Source: a virus (taxonomy: Duplodnaviria; Caudoviricetes). Taken from it: DNA of 64,000 nucleotides. Position 1 is the stretch's first letter. Every line of letters starts with the position of its first letter. The stretch spans positions 18,749 through 82,748 of IMG/VR virus record IMGVR_UViG_3300031853_000019; one strand, written 5' to 3'. Positions 8,948 through 16,106 of this stretch are shown piece by piece. A program made the position numbers and the translations under genes. A model generated the notes under the pieces. It searched no databases. It was not told the origin of the DNA and saw only the letters and a program-made list of their open reading frames with translations.

Positions 8948-9115
8948 TTAGATAGCTTCTGCTCTATAAGTAGTAAACCATCCTTCATTTGCTTCTACTT
9001 GCATAGCCCATGAAAAGGCTTTATCTTCTGCTTCTCGTAAAGTTTTAGCTTTTATTGTTCTTTTATACTCTGGGTTACCAAGATCATCACAAACATAAAT
9101 ATTGTATAAATTCAT
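8948..9115 (-). CDS. Small hypothetical protein (55 aa, MNLYNIYVCDD..)
   Basis: AAGGAG RBS; in operon; not in ORF track. Confidence 0.7.
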   Translation of the reverse strand: MNLYNIYVCDDLGNPEYKRTIKAKTLREAEDKAFSWAMQVEANEGWFTTYRAEAI

Positions 9116-9128
9116 ATTAATCGCTCCT

Positions 9129-9299
9129 TTACTGTTCTTTATCTTCTTTGTTTTCTATCATTATTCTTGCAAGGTTAATTCCGAATAATACACCCTCTTG
9201 GAAGTCACTAAGTTCAATTTGGTTATCTTCAGTAAAAATTTTTCTTTCTTCTTCGCCTGCACGCTTTAAAAACTTTACAATCTGTTTTCTTTTTGCCAT
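9129..9299 (-). CDS. Small hypothetical protein (56 aa, MAKRKQIVKF..)
   Basis: AAGGAGTG RBS; not in ORF track. Confidence 0.7.
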   Translation of the reverse strand: MAKRKQIVKFLKRAGEEERKIFTEDNQIELSDFQEGVLFGINLARIMIENKEDKEQ

Positions 9300-9333
9300 A
9301 TTATTTCACTCCTTTTTTCTATGCACTTCCTGC

Positions 9334-9792
9334 CTATACGGGAAGTGCTATCTTTTCAAGTTCTGCGATTATGTCCATATTGGCATCAATCGTGTGTCCA
9401 AGTTTCCAACCCTTGCGGATTTTCTCGTTATCATCTACTAAAATCTGATAACCGCCATTTTTTCTTGTGCAGTTTGCTTTTGTAGTTCCATACTTTACAA
9501 GGTGAATCTCGTCATACGGAAAGTCATATTTTGCAAGCCAATCAAGTTTTGCTTTTCTTATGCGGTCGTTATATTCCTTGCTACCGCTTTTTGCTAACCA
9601 TGTTGTGATTGCAACTTTCCAACCTTGCGCCCTAAGGACTTTCAAAATTGCATTGAGGATGTCCATATCATACAAAGGTTTTGCTTTCTCATAAGGTGTG
9701 GTGTCGCTTGCCTGAAGATATTCAAGCCATCCCTCTACACCATAGAAGTCTGCGATTGTGCCATCCATGTCGAATACTAAAGTTTTGTTCAT
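9334..9792 (-). CDS. HAD-superfamily phosphatase, 5'(3')-deoxyribonucleotidase-like
   Basis: Motif I FDMDGTIADF, motif II ITTW, motif IV LVDDN. Confidence 0.85.
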   Translation of the reverse strand: MNKTLVFDMDGTIADFYGVEGWLEYLQASDTTPYEKAKPLYDMDILNAILKVLRAQGWKVAITTWLAKSGSKEYNDRIRKAKLDWLAKYDFPYDEIHLVKYGTTKANCTRKNGGYQILVDDNEKIRKGWKLGHTIDANMDIIAELEKIALPV

Positions 9793-9936
9793 AGGCTTTT
9801 GCTCCTTTCCTTTTCTGTAACTTAATTATAGCAAATTTATAGCAAGTAGTCAACCTCTAAATGCGGTTTCGTCACTTTGCACAAAAGTGATCTAGTTTTG
9901 GGATAATATTTTGTGCAAAATTTTTTAAAAAATCAC

Positions 9937-10038
9937 TTGACAAAAGTTGATAGGTATGGTATAATGAAATTTCGCCATGCAAACGGATAGTGCGCTCGTT
10001 TGCATGGCGTCAAAAAAGCACCCCATTTTGGGGTGCTT
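9937..10038 (+). ncRNA. Hairpin-sRNA cassette 3
   Basis: TTGACA-N17-TATAAT; stem CGCCATGCAAACG/CGTTTGCATGGCG, loop GATAGTGCGCT; terminator follows. Confidence 0.7.
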
Positions 10039-10044
10039 GGTTAA

Positions 10045-10503
10045 TTAGTTGTCGCAATAGGCTCTAAGTTCATTTAATTCATTGATGACGTCTATTACAT
10101 CATAACCCTCTGAGGTTATTGCAGTATTATGGTCAAGAGCCTGAAAGTTTCTTAATGCGTTAAGAGCATCATCTAAATATCTAAGCATACGGTCTTTCTT
10201 TTTATCCATTAAGGCTTCATTGGCTTTATTAATAAGCATTTCAAGGTCATCATCTGTCATGTTATCAAAGTTATAAAGGTCTTTCTGCTTAGGCATTTCT
10301 GTTTCTTCACTCCTCTCTAAAATAAGTTCTAACTCATTTTCAGCAAACCAATATACATAATCATTTATTGTAACTTCATAGGGCAAATCTTTATCAAATT
10401 TATCCCAATCAGTAATTATGCCAATAGTACCAGCAGGTAAAGGATGGAAATAACGATTATTTGCTATAACTGTTTTTACCTTGTCACCAACTTTAAATTT
10501 CAT
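10045..10503 (-). CDS. Hypothetical protein with N-terminal SH3-like barrel (MKFKVGDKVK)
   Basis: Start reassigned to 10503 after GAGGTAG RBS and own promoter. Confidence 0.75.
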   Translation of the reverse strand: MKFKVGDKVKTVIANNRYFHPLPAGTIGIITDWDKFDKDLPYEVTINDYVYWFAENELELILERSEETEMPKQKDLYNFDNMTDDDLEMLINKANEALMDKKKDRMLRYLDDALNALRNFQALDHNTAITSEGYDVIDVINELNELRAYCDN

Positions 10504-10559
10504 ATTATCTACCTCGCTTTCTTTTGATGTATTTATTATATCATGCAATGGGTTACTTG

Positions 10560-10733
10560 TCAACCTTCTATTTTATCTTTATTTGCCTCATACCAACTTT
10601 TATACATAGCAACCACACTTCCTGGATAGTATCGCTTACAAGCAGTATAAAAAACTGTCGACCAACAATGTGTATGGTTCATTAGCCAAACGATTAGCTT
10701 ATTAAAAATTGTTTCTTTTATCTCGTGAAGCAT
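10560..10733 (-). CDS. Small hypothetical protein (57 aa, MLHEIKETIF..)
   Basis: GGGGTG RBS; stop overlaps the -35 of the next promoter. Confidence 0.6.
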   Translation of the reverse strand: MLHEIKETIFNKLIVWLMNHTHCWSTVFYTACKRYYPGSVVAMYKSWYEANKDKIEG

Positions 10734-10745
10734 TTTTTACACCCC

Positions 10746-10976
10746 CTAAATCAACTTAATAACAATCAATCCGATTGTAATTGCCGCAAAACAAGTGTTC
10801 TTAATCTTGTCTGCAATAGGTCTGCCTAACTTGAAATCTCTAATCAAATTGATAGTGTTACCAATCAGATATGCGCCTTGACCGATAAAAAATGCCCAAC
10901 CTACTGTTACCTGACCTACCAACAGTAATCCTAAAATTACATAACCCATGTTATCCCAAAACTTTGTCTTTTCCAT
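10746..10976 (-). CDS. Small multi-pass membrane protein
   Basis: 76 aa with two to three hydrophobic segments; own promoter. Confidence 0.75.
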   Translation of the reverse strand: MEKTKFWDNMGYVILGLLLVGQVTVGWAFFIGQGAYLIGNTINLIRDFKLGRPIADKIKNTCFAAITIGLIVIKLI

Positions 10977-11097
10977 TTTTGTTTACCTTTGCACTCGCCG
11001 TGCTCCTTTCTTTATGTTGTACTTATTATAGCATGGCGGAAAGCACTTGTCAACACTTTTTAGGAAAATAAATAAAAAAATATTTTTAAAAAAACGC

Positions 11098-11201
11098 TTG
11101 ACAAAAATCCTGGGATGTAGTATAATAGTGATTTTGGGCGGGTTGCGAAATGAAGTGGCCGCAACCCGCCCATCGAAAAGAGAAGAGCCTTTCGGCTCTT
11201 C
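11098..11201 (+). ncRNA. Hairpin-sRNA cassette 4
   Basis: TTGACA-N17-TATAAT; stem TGGGCGGGTTGCG/CGCAACCCGCCCA, loop AAATGAAGTGGC; terminator 11182-11201. Confidence 0.7.
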
Positions 11202-11206
11202 TGTAA

Positions 11207-11428
11207 CTACTCGACTTCTTCTCTAATAGACTTGAAGAAATCTTCTACAATATCAGTGATTTTATTTGAGGTTTGTGAGTCAACCATAGCGAATTTTAAA
11301 AGAAAATCGTAGGTTCCATAAACTTGTGAAAGTTCTCTTAAAATATTATCTTTTTTTTCGTTAACATATTCTTCAAATTCAAGAACCATTTCTTCCATAA
11401 CAATCATCTCTTTATCATCCATTTTCAT
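11207..11428 (-). CDS. Small acidic protein
   Basis: 73 aa, GAGGTAG RBS, D/E-rich. Confidence 0.7.
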   Translation of the reverse strand: MKMDDKEMIVMEEMVLEFEEYVNEKKDNILRELSQVYGTYDFLLKFAMVDSQTSNKITDIVEDFFKSIREEVE

Positions 11429-11441
11429 CTACCTCTCTTTC

Positions 11442-11606
11442 TTAATAAGTGTCCCAACCAAGCATTTCCGCCTCTTCTTCGGTAACTGTACCAAAGCACT
11501 TAGGCTCATCAAAATACTGCTTTGCAATCTCGATTGCTTCTTCTTTAGTGTTTGCTTCTACTAAGAAATCCTCTCCTGTTACTCTGTCATTAAATTCGTA
11601 GGTCAT
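11442..11606 (-). CDS. Small acidic protein (MTYEFNDRV.., 54 aa)
   Basis: Start reassigned to 11606 after GAGGTAG; own promoter. Confidence 0.7.
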   Translation of the reverse strand: MTYEFNDRVTGEDFLVEANTKEEAIEIAKQYFDEPKCFGTVTEEEAEMLGWDTY

Positions 11607-11646
11607 GTTTACTACCTCTCTTTCATTTGATGTATTTATTATAACA

Positions 11647-11904
11647 TCAATCTTCACTTTTGTCAATAGGTTTTTCCCAATTTACCCAATTTTTTAATGC
11701 GTATTCTGTAAGTTCTTTTGCATGAAATGGAAATGTCAATTTGCTTGCACATTCCAAAAGCCACTGAAAAACTTGATACTCTTTTTCAATGAAATCAACT
11801 GTTTTAAAGTCGTTCATGTGGAAAACTGAATCGGGATGCTTAGTGCTTGCCGCCCATAATTCACATACATAATCATTCTCATCATTCTTATAAACTTTAA
11901 TCAT
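11647..11904 (-). CDS. Hypothetical protein
   Basis: 85 aa, GAGGTA RBS. Confidence 0.7.
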   Translation of the reverse strand: MIKVYKNDENDYVCELWAASTKHPDSVFHMNDFKTVDFIEKEYQVFQWLLECASKLTFPFHAKELTEYALKNWVNWEKPIDKSED

Positions 11905-11993
11905 TTTGTTTTACCTCTCTTTCTTTTGCTACCAACCATGATGGGAGAAAGCGGAATTAGTATTACTGTTATTAGTGTAATGATATCGTACAT
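11901..11993 (-). CDS. 30-aa membrane peptide (MYDIITLITVILIPLSPIMVGSKRKRGKTK)
   Basis: Own promoter, AAAGGGGG RBS, TGA overlaps next ATG. Confidence 0.55.
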   Translation of the reverse strand: MYDIITLITVILIPLSPIMVGSKRKRGKTK

Positions 11994-12149
11994 CTGCGAC
12001 AACCCCCTTTCTCTTTATCTGTTGTACTTATTATAGCAAAAAATGGCGGGAATGTCAAGCGAAAATTGCTTCACAAAAGGGTTTAATTAGTTTGAGATTT
12101 AGTAGGTTTTAATGGGATCCGATAAGAAACACATTTCTTTAAAAAATCG

Positions 12150-12255
12150 TTGACAAAATGTTGGAAGTGTAGTATAATGTTAAATTCGGCTCAGATGCAG
12201 CTTTAGCGCCCGCATCTGAGCCGTCCAAAAGGAAAGGCACTCCAAATGGAGTGCC
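12150..12255 (+). ncRNA. Hairpin-sRNA cassette 5
   Basis: TTGACA-N17-TATAAT; stem CGGCTCAGATGC/GCATCTGAGCCG, loop AGCTTTAGCGCCC; terminator 12236-12255. Confidence 0.7.
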
Positions 12256-12286
12256 TAGGAAAGGAGGTTAAACATATCTGTATGAG

Positions 12287-12386
12287 TGGAGGAGGTGGGA
12301 GTCGAACCCACGAACCAGACGGTTTGCGTGTCTGCGCTATTGCCTTTCAGCTTCGGCGGCGAAGGTACCCTTTCGCTTACACCCCC
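12287..12386 (-). ncRNA. Atypical tRNA-like RNA (100 nt) with G3-U70 and A73
   Basis: 5' GGGGGTG pairs with CTCCTCC-A; canonical T arm GTGGG-TTCGACT-CCCAC; CAGAC/GTCTG arm; expanded D region; no encoded CCA. Confidence 0.65.
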
Positions 12387-12441
12387 AAATTTTTAAGCCT
12401 GACCCCCTAGCCCCATGACTAGGGGGAGGAACTTTTTAAGA

Positions 12442-12804
12442 CTACTCTGCGTCCTCGAAAGGATTTACAGAGAACTGAGCCTTATTCTTGCCCTTTGCAG
12501 GCTTGTTGAAGATTTCGCCATTGGCTACCATCACCTTCATTCTAGCGGAAACCTTCTGAACACTGAGGTCAGTTGCCTTTGCAATCTCGGTTGCGGTTGC
12601 AACCTTACCATCTGCAAGGAACTCTGCGATAGTATCCATCTCGGCTCTGCGCTCTGCTTCTACCTTCTCGGATACTCCACCCTTAGAGTTTCTCTTATCA
12701 AGCTGAGCAATCATCTTCTCGATAACTGCCTTCTCACCCTCGGTGAAATCCATCTCAAGTGCCTTTGTAAGAACTTCCTTCTTAGTAATCTCTACCTTTG
12801 CCAT
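12442..12804 (-). CDS. Winged-helix DNA-binding protein, paralog 2
   Basis: IAEFLADGKVATATEIAKATDLSVQKVSARMKVM; shares TKK/REVL and EKMIAQLDK with 6438-6812. Confidence 0.75.
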   Translation of the reverse strand: MAKVEITKKEVLTKALEMDFTEGEKAVIEKMIAQLDKRNSKGGVSEKVEAERRAEMDTIAEFLADGKVATATEIAKATDLSVQKVSARMKVMVANGEIFNKPAKGKNKAQFSVNPFEDAE

Positions 12805-12884
12805 AATTATCTACCTCTTTCTTTCTTTATTTTGTAAGTTTATTATATCAGATTTTTTCTTGTTTGTCAAGAAGTTTTTTTATT

Positions 12885-13045
12885 TTTTTGATGTCCTAGT
12901 GGGAACTTGGCTAGACATCCCGTGGTCGATTTCATTGGCGCCCCATGTGGTTCCCGACCTATTAGCGCCCCTCACACGAGGTATTCCTATCGGGTTTATT
13001 TAGTTTGGCGGTGCTCTCATGCGTGTCACATCCTTTCCTTATCTT
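12885..13045 (-). ncRNA. Structured ncRNA candidate with tiny upstream ORF (MRAPPN)
   Basis: Consensus promoter 13082-13054; GC-rich, no ORF longer than 9 aa after the RBS; two GGGGCGCYAAT repeats; 3' hairpin GATGTC..GACATC. Confidence 0.5.
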
Positions 13046-13281
13046 ATGTACTTATTATAGCACATCTTTTTAAGTTTGTCAACAAGTTTTTTTAATTTTT
13101 TTAAGATTGTCTGCCTAGTGTTTTCTCATTTCGCGCGACAGTAGGAGTTTGCACTTAGTCTTTTAAGACGCTCTTTCCTTACCTTGTAAACTAATTATAG
13201 CAAAATTTTTTGTATTTTGCAAGTAGTAATGTTGCACAAAATATTGGGATCAAAATTGTACAGTTTTTTAACAGAAAATGC

Positions 13282-13385
13282 TTGACAAAAAACCTGGAGC
13301 TGTGGTATAATGGAATTTCGACGCTCGCACGGGTAAGGCATCCGTGCTCGCGGCGTCAAAAAAGAAGGTGCTCCCGCACCTTCTT
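13282..13385 (+). ncRNA. Hairpin-sRNA cassette 6
   Basis: TTGACA-N18-TATAAT; interrupted stem GACGC..GCACGG/CCGTGC..GCGTC, loop GTAAGGCAT; terminator 13364-13383. Confidence 0.65.
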
Positions 13386-13550
13386 GCTTATTTTTCAAGT
13401 ATTAGTCCTCTACTATTTCTTTCTCTGTAATTTTAACAGGTCTGCACCCATCAAAATCTTCATCGCTCATAAACTTCTGAAGTGCTTCTTTTATGTCGTT
13501 AGCCGTAAATCCTACGGTGCCTACAAAATCAATCTCATAAATCGTCATTT

Positions 13551-13745
13551 TTAATCCTCACTTTCTTCTTTATCTGCCTTTATAAGTTTAGGATAGATGC
13601 CGTGAACACCTGACCAAAAAATCGTCCATAATTGTTTATTTCTTTTTTTCCTAATTTTAAGGTCTAGACAATCATCTTCTTTCAGAAGTTCGATTGCTCT
13701 TTCTTTTGCTTGTTTATAAGTTTTGTAAACTTCTTCGTATTCCAT
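13551..13745 (-). CDS. Small hypothetical protein
   Basis: 64 aa, own promoter and AAAGGAG RBS. Confidence 0.7.
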   Translation of the reverse strand: MEYEEVYKTYKQAKERAIELLKEDDCLDLKIRKKRNKQLWTIFWSGVHGIYPKLIKADKEESED

Positions 13746-13793
13746 TCTCTTGCTCCTTTCCTTTACTGTAACTACATTATAACAAATTTGATT

Positions 13794-13955
13794 TTATCTG
13801 TCAAGCATTTTTTCACATCTTTCAAAATTTTTACAGTGTTGACATGAATGAACCTTGTGCTTTCTTTTAAGACATATGCTTTCGCCTACATCATTCATGG
13901 GTTTGTAGTTATTATAACCAAAGTATTTACAATTTGAGCAAATCTTCTTCTCCAT
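13794..13955 (-). CDS. Small Cys-rich (zinc-binding) protein (MEKKICSNCKY..)
   Basis: CxxC, C, HxCxxC pattern; start reassigned to 13955. Confidence 0.7.
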   Translation of the reverse strand: MEKKICSNCKYFGYNNYKPMNDVGESICLKRKHKVHSCQHCKNFERCEKMLDR

Positions 13956-14058
13956 TCTCTTGCTCCCTTCCTTTACTGTAAATAAATTATAGCACAAGTA
14001 TGATTAAAAGTCAAGCATTTTAGGAAAAATAATTTAAAAAATTTTTTCAATTTTTCTC

Positions 14059-14160
14059 TTGACAAAAGTTGACGAAGGTGGTATAATGGTTAATTCGGCC
14101 GGCTTGCAGACTTGGCGCCCGCAAGCCGGCCGAGAAAAAGAGAGAGTGCAAAGCACTCCC
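14059..14160 (+). ncRNA. Hairpin-sRNA cassette 7
   Basis: TTGACA-N17-TATAAT; stem TCGGCCGGCTTGC/GCAAGCCGGCCGA, loop AGACTTGGCGCCC; terminator to 14160. Confidence 0.7.
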
Positions 14161-14173
14161 TGTCAATTGCTAC

Positions 14174-14409
14174 TTAAATTACAAGGGTTACATTTAATGG
14201 AAATACTACATCGAAGGAATTGAAATAGTATCTTTTTCCATTCTCTAAACTGATTGTATTTGCATCATCACAATTCTCTGTTTCCTCAAGTTTTATAAAA
14301 ATTCTATCAGTCGTCATATCTCTCTTTCTGACTTATCTGAAAAAACTGCCCCAGGTTTAAGATCTGCAAAATAATACTGCTTGTTATAATTGCCAATATC
14401 AATTTTCAT
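14174..14409 (-). CDS. Two overlapping mini-ORFs (14314-14409, 31 aa; 14174-14317, 47 aa), possibly one split gene
   Basis: MKIDIGNYNKQYYFADLKPGAVF.. and MTTDRIFIKLEE..NTISLENGKRYYF.. overlap at ATATGA. Confidence 0.5.
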
Positions 14410-14439
14410 TTTATCTACCTCTTTTTTTAGGGTGCGTGC

Positions 14440-14601
14440 TTATGCACGCTCCCTCAACTTCTCTCTCAACTTTGCTACCCTTTCCGCATTATAGCGGGCA
14501 TGGTCGCTAGAACTTTCAATCAACTTTGCAACCGCATTAGCAGGTGCTTCCGCCTTTGTCTTGTAAGTTACTCCATTTGCTTCGTAAACTAAATCTCTCA
14601 T
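14440..14601 (-). CDS. Small hypothetical protein (53 aa, MRDLVYEANG..)
   Basis: Own promoter, GAGGTA RBS. Confidence 0.7.
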   Translation of the reverse strand: MRDLVYEANGVTYKTKAEAPANAVAKLIESSSDHARYNAERVAKLREKLRERA

Positions 14602-14687
14602 AGTGTTTACCTCTCTTTCTTTTTACTATAATCATTATAGCATTTTCTTTTCCTTTTGTCAACACTTTTTTATCTTTTGTTAGACCC

Positions 14688-14783
14688 CTACTCAAAGGGG
14701 TCTAACTTCGCCCAATACAGGGCTTCGGCGGGGGATAAACCCTCTCGCCTATACACGCGGAACCAATCGTAAAGTGTCATCAT
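14688..14783 (-). CDS. 31-aa peptide (MMTLYDWFRVYRREGLSPAEALYWAKLDPFE)
   Basis: Own promoter, AAAGGAGG RBS. Confidence 0.65.
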   Translation of the reverse strand: MMTLYDWFRVYRREGLSPAEALYWAKLDPFE

Positions 14784-14889
14784 AGTGTTGTCCTCCTTTA
14801 TCCTTTCGATGTACTTATTATAACATCCATCTGGTTGTTTGTCAAGCAATTTTGGGAAATTTATTAAAAAAATTTTTTAAAATTTTTCC

Positions 14890-14995
14890 TTGACAAAATA
14901 GACCGTGATGTGGTATAATAGTGAATTCGCTGCGGTTGCGAAATAAGTGCACGCAACCGCAGCGTCAAAAAAAGAAGGTGCTCCTGCACCTTCTT
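14890..14995 (+). ncRNA. Hairpin-sRNA cassette 8
   Basis: TTGACA-N18-TATAAT; stem CGCTGCGGTTGCG/CGCAACCGCAGCG, loop AAATAAGTGCA; terminator follows. Confidence 0.7.
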
Positions 14996-14997
14996 AA

Positions 14998-15204
14998 TTA
15001 GTATTCAAAGATAACTTCATCATTTTCAGAATGAACTGCGTAAACCTCTTCAACTTCACCCGCTCCCGCTTTTAGAATATCTCGAACATTATCTTCTAAC
15101 TCATCAGCAAGTTCTTCGGTGAAAGTTTCCCAAGGGATTAAAGCCTTATACTTATCATCTACTTCAATTTCTTTTGTGGCTCCATAATACACTTTTACTT
15201 TCAT
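14998..15204 (-). CDS. Small acidic protein, paralog of 16107-16316
   Basis: MKVKVY..EIEVDDK shared N-terminus. Confidence 0.75.
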   Translation of the reverse strand: MKVKVYYGATKEIEVDDKYKALIPWETFTEELADELEDNVRDILKAGAGEVEEVYAVHSENDEVIFEY

Positions 15205-15206
15205 TT

Positions 15207-15488
15207 TTAGTCCTCACTTTCATGAATCGCTTTGTATCGGCTTCCAATCTCTCCATCTAATGCGGTTAAGATATCTGAAAGACTGAAGCAAAAACAGTCG
15301 CCTGCAAAAGATGAATACATTTCTACATTAATAGTATCTCTTTCTTCTGGAGTAGTAGTACACTCTAAGTTATCGCAAATCCCTTCAAGAATTTTAATCT
15401 CTCTTCTTTTCTCTCTGTTATCAAGAGCCTTTTGAATTTCTTTAAGGGCTTTCTTTAAATCCTCTGTTGAATAATCATCGTATGACAT
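15207..15488 (-). CDS. Hypothetical protein (MSYDDYSTEDLKKAL..)
   Basis: Start reassigned to 15488 after AAAGGAG. Confidence 0.7.
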   Translation of the reverse strand: MSYDDYSTEDLKKALKEIQKALDNREKRREIKILEGICDNLECTTTPEERDTINVEMYSSFAGDCFCFSLSDILTALDGEIGSRYKAIHESED

Positions 15489-15502
15489 TTTAATTCTCCT
15501 TT

Positions 15503-15724
15503 CTACTCTCCAAAAATCTTTTCTTGACAAGAGGGGCAGAACCCAGTAATCAAGAATTCTCTAGTTACTATGGGTACATTAGGCATAGCCTTTTGAATAA
15601 GGGCGCCCTCATCTGCCCACTTGGTAAACCCCTCGGTATCAACAGAAACCTGATTGTATTGTCCACAAAGTGGGCATCTTTCTTTTACTACCGTACTAAG
15701 TTCATCTTGATAAATTATTACCAT
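15503..15724 (-). CDS. Zinc-ribbon protein
   Basis: CPLCG and CPSCQ motifs; own promoter. Confidence 0.75.
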   Translation of the reverse strand: MVIIYQDELSTVVKERCPLCGQYNQVSVDTEGFTKWADEGALIQKAMPNVPIVTREFLITGFCPSCQEKIFGE

Positions 15725-15789
15725 AATGTTTACCGCCTTTCTTTATCTTGATACTATTGTATCATAGGGTATGCTTTTTGTCAAGCATT

Positions 15790-15930
15790 ATTCTCGTTTT
15801 CTCTAGGGAAGTTGCCGTTCGGCAGTTGGCTATTTTCTAATTCCCGCCTGTCCTCTAAACAAGAACTGTACTTTTCACCATCTGTTGCGAACTATCTCTT
15901 TGAAGGGGCTTCACTTCCCGTATCTCCCTT
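15790..15930 (-). ncRNA. Orphan ncRNA candidate
   Basis: TTGCAA-N17-TATATT promoter; long-range GGGAAGT/ACTTCCC pairing and TGCCG-AA-CGGCA hairpin; only a 19-codon GTG ORF. Confidence 0.35.
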
Positions 15931-16028
15931 CTGTGATTATAATATATCACATTCTAAAGCGGGTTGCAATAGACAAGTTGCACAAAATTACGGGAATGGG
16001 TTTGTACAAAATTTATATTAAAAAGTGC

Positions 16029-16101
16029 TTGACAAATGTTGCGGCTCATGGTATAATGGATTTTTGGCGCGGCTCGATGACCTGCGGCCGGAGCCGCGCC
16101 A
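16029..16101 (+). ncRNA. Hairpin-sRNA cassette 9 (no separate terminator)
   Basis: TTGACA-N17-TATAAT; stem TGGCGCGGCTC/GAGCCGCGCCA, loop GATGACCTGCGGCCG. Confidence 0.65.
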
Positions 16102-16106
16102 CCGAC

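Noticed and set aside
12287-12386. Calling the tRNA-like element a normal tRNA-Leu(CAA) or a tmRNA
   Set aside because: G33 instead of U33, no canonical D stem and Ala-type acceptor argue against ordinary tRNA; only 100 nt and no tag ORF argue against tmRNA
12282-12410. Plus-strand ORF antisense to the tRNA-like RNA preceded by AAGGAGGT
   Set aside because: SD lies about 15 nt from the ATG and downstream of the cassette 5 terminator hairpin; the translation looks like an antisense artefact
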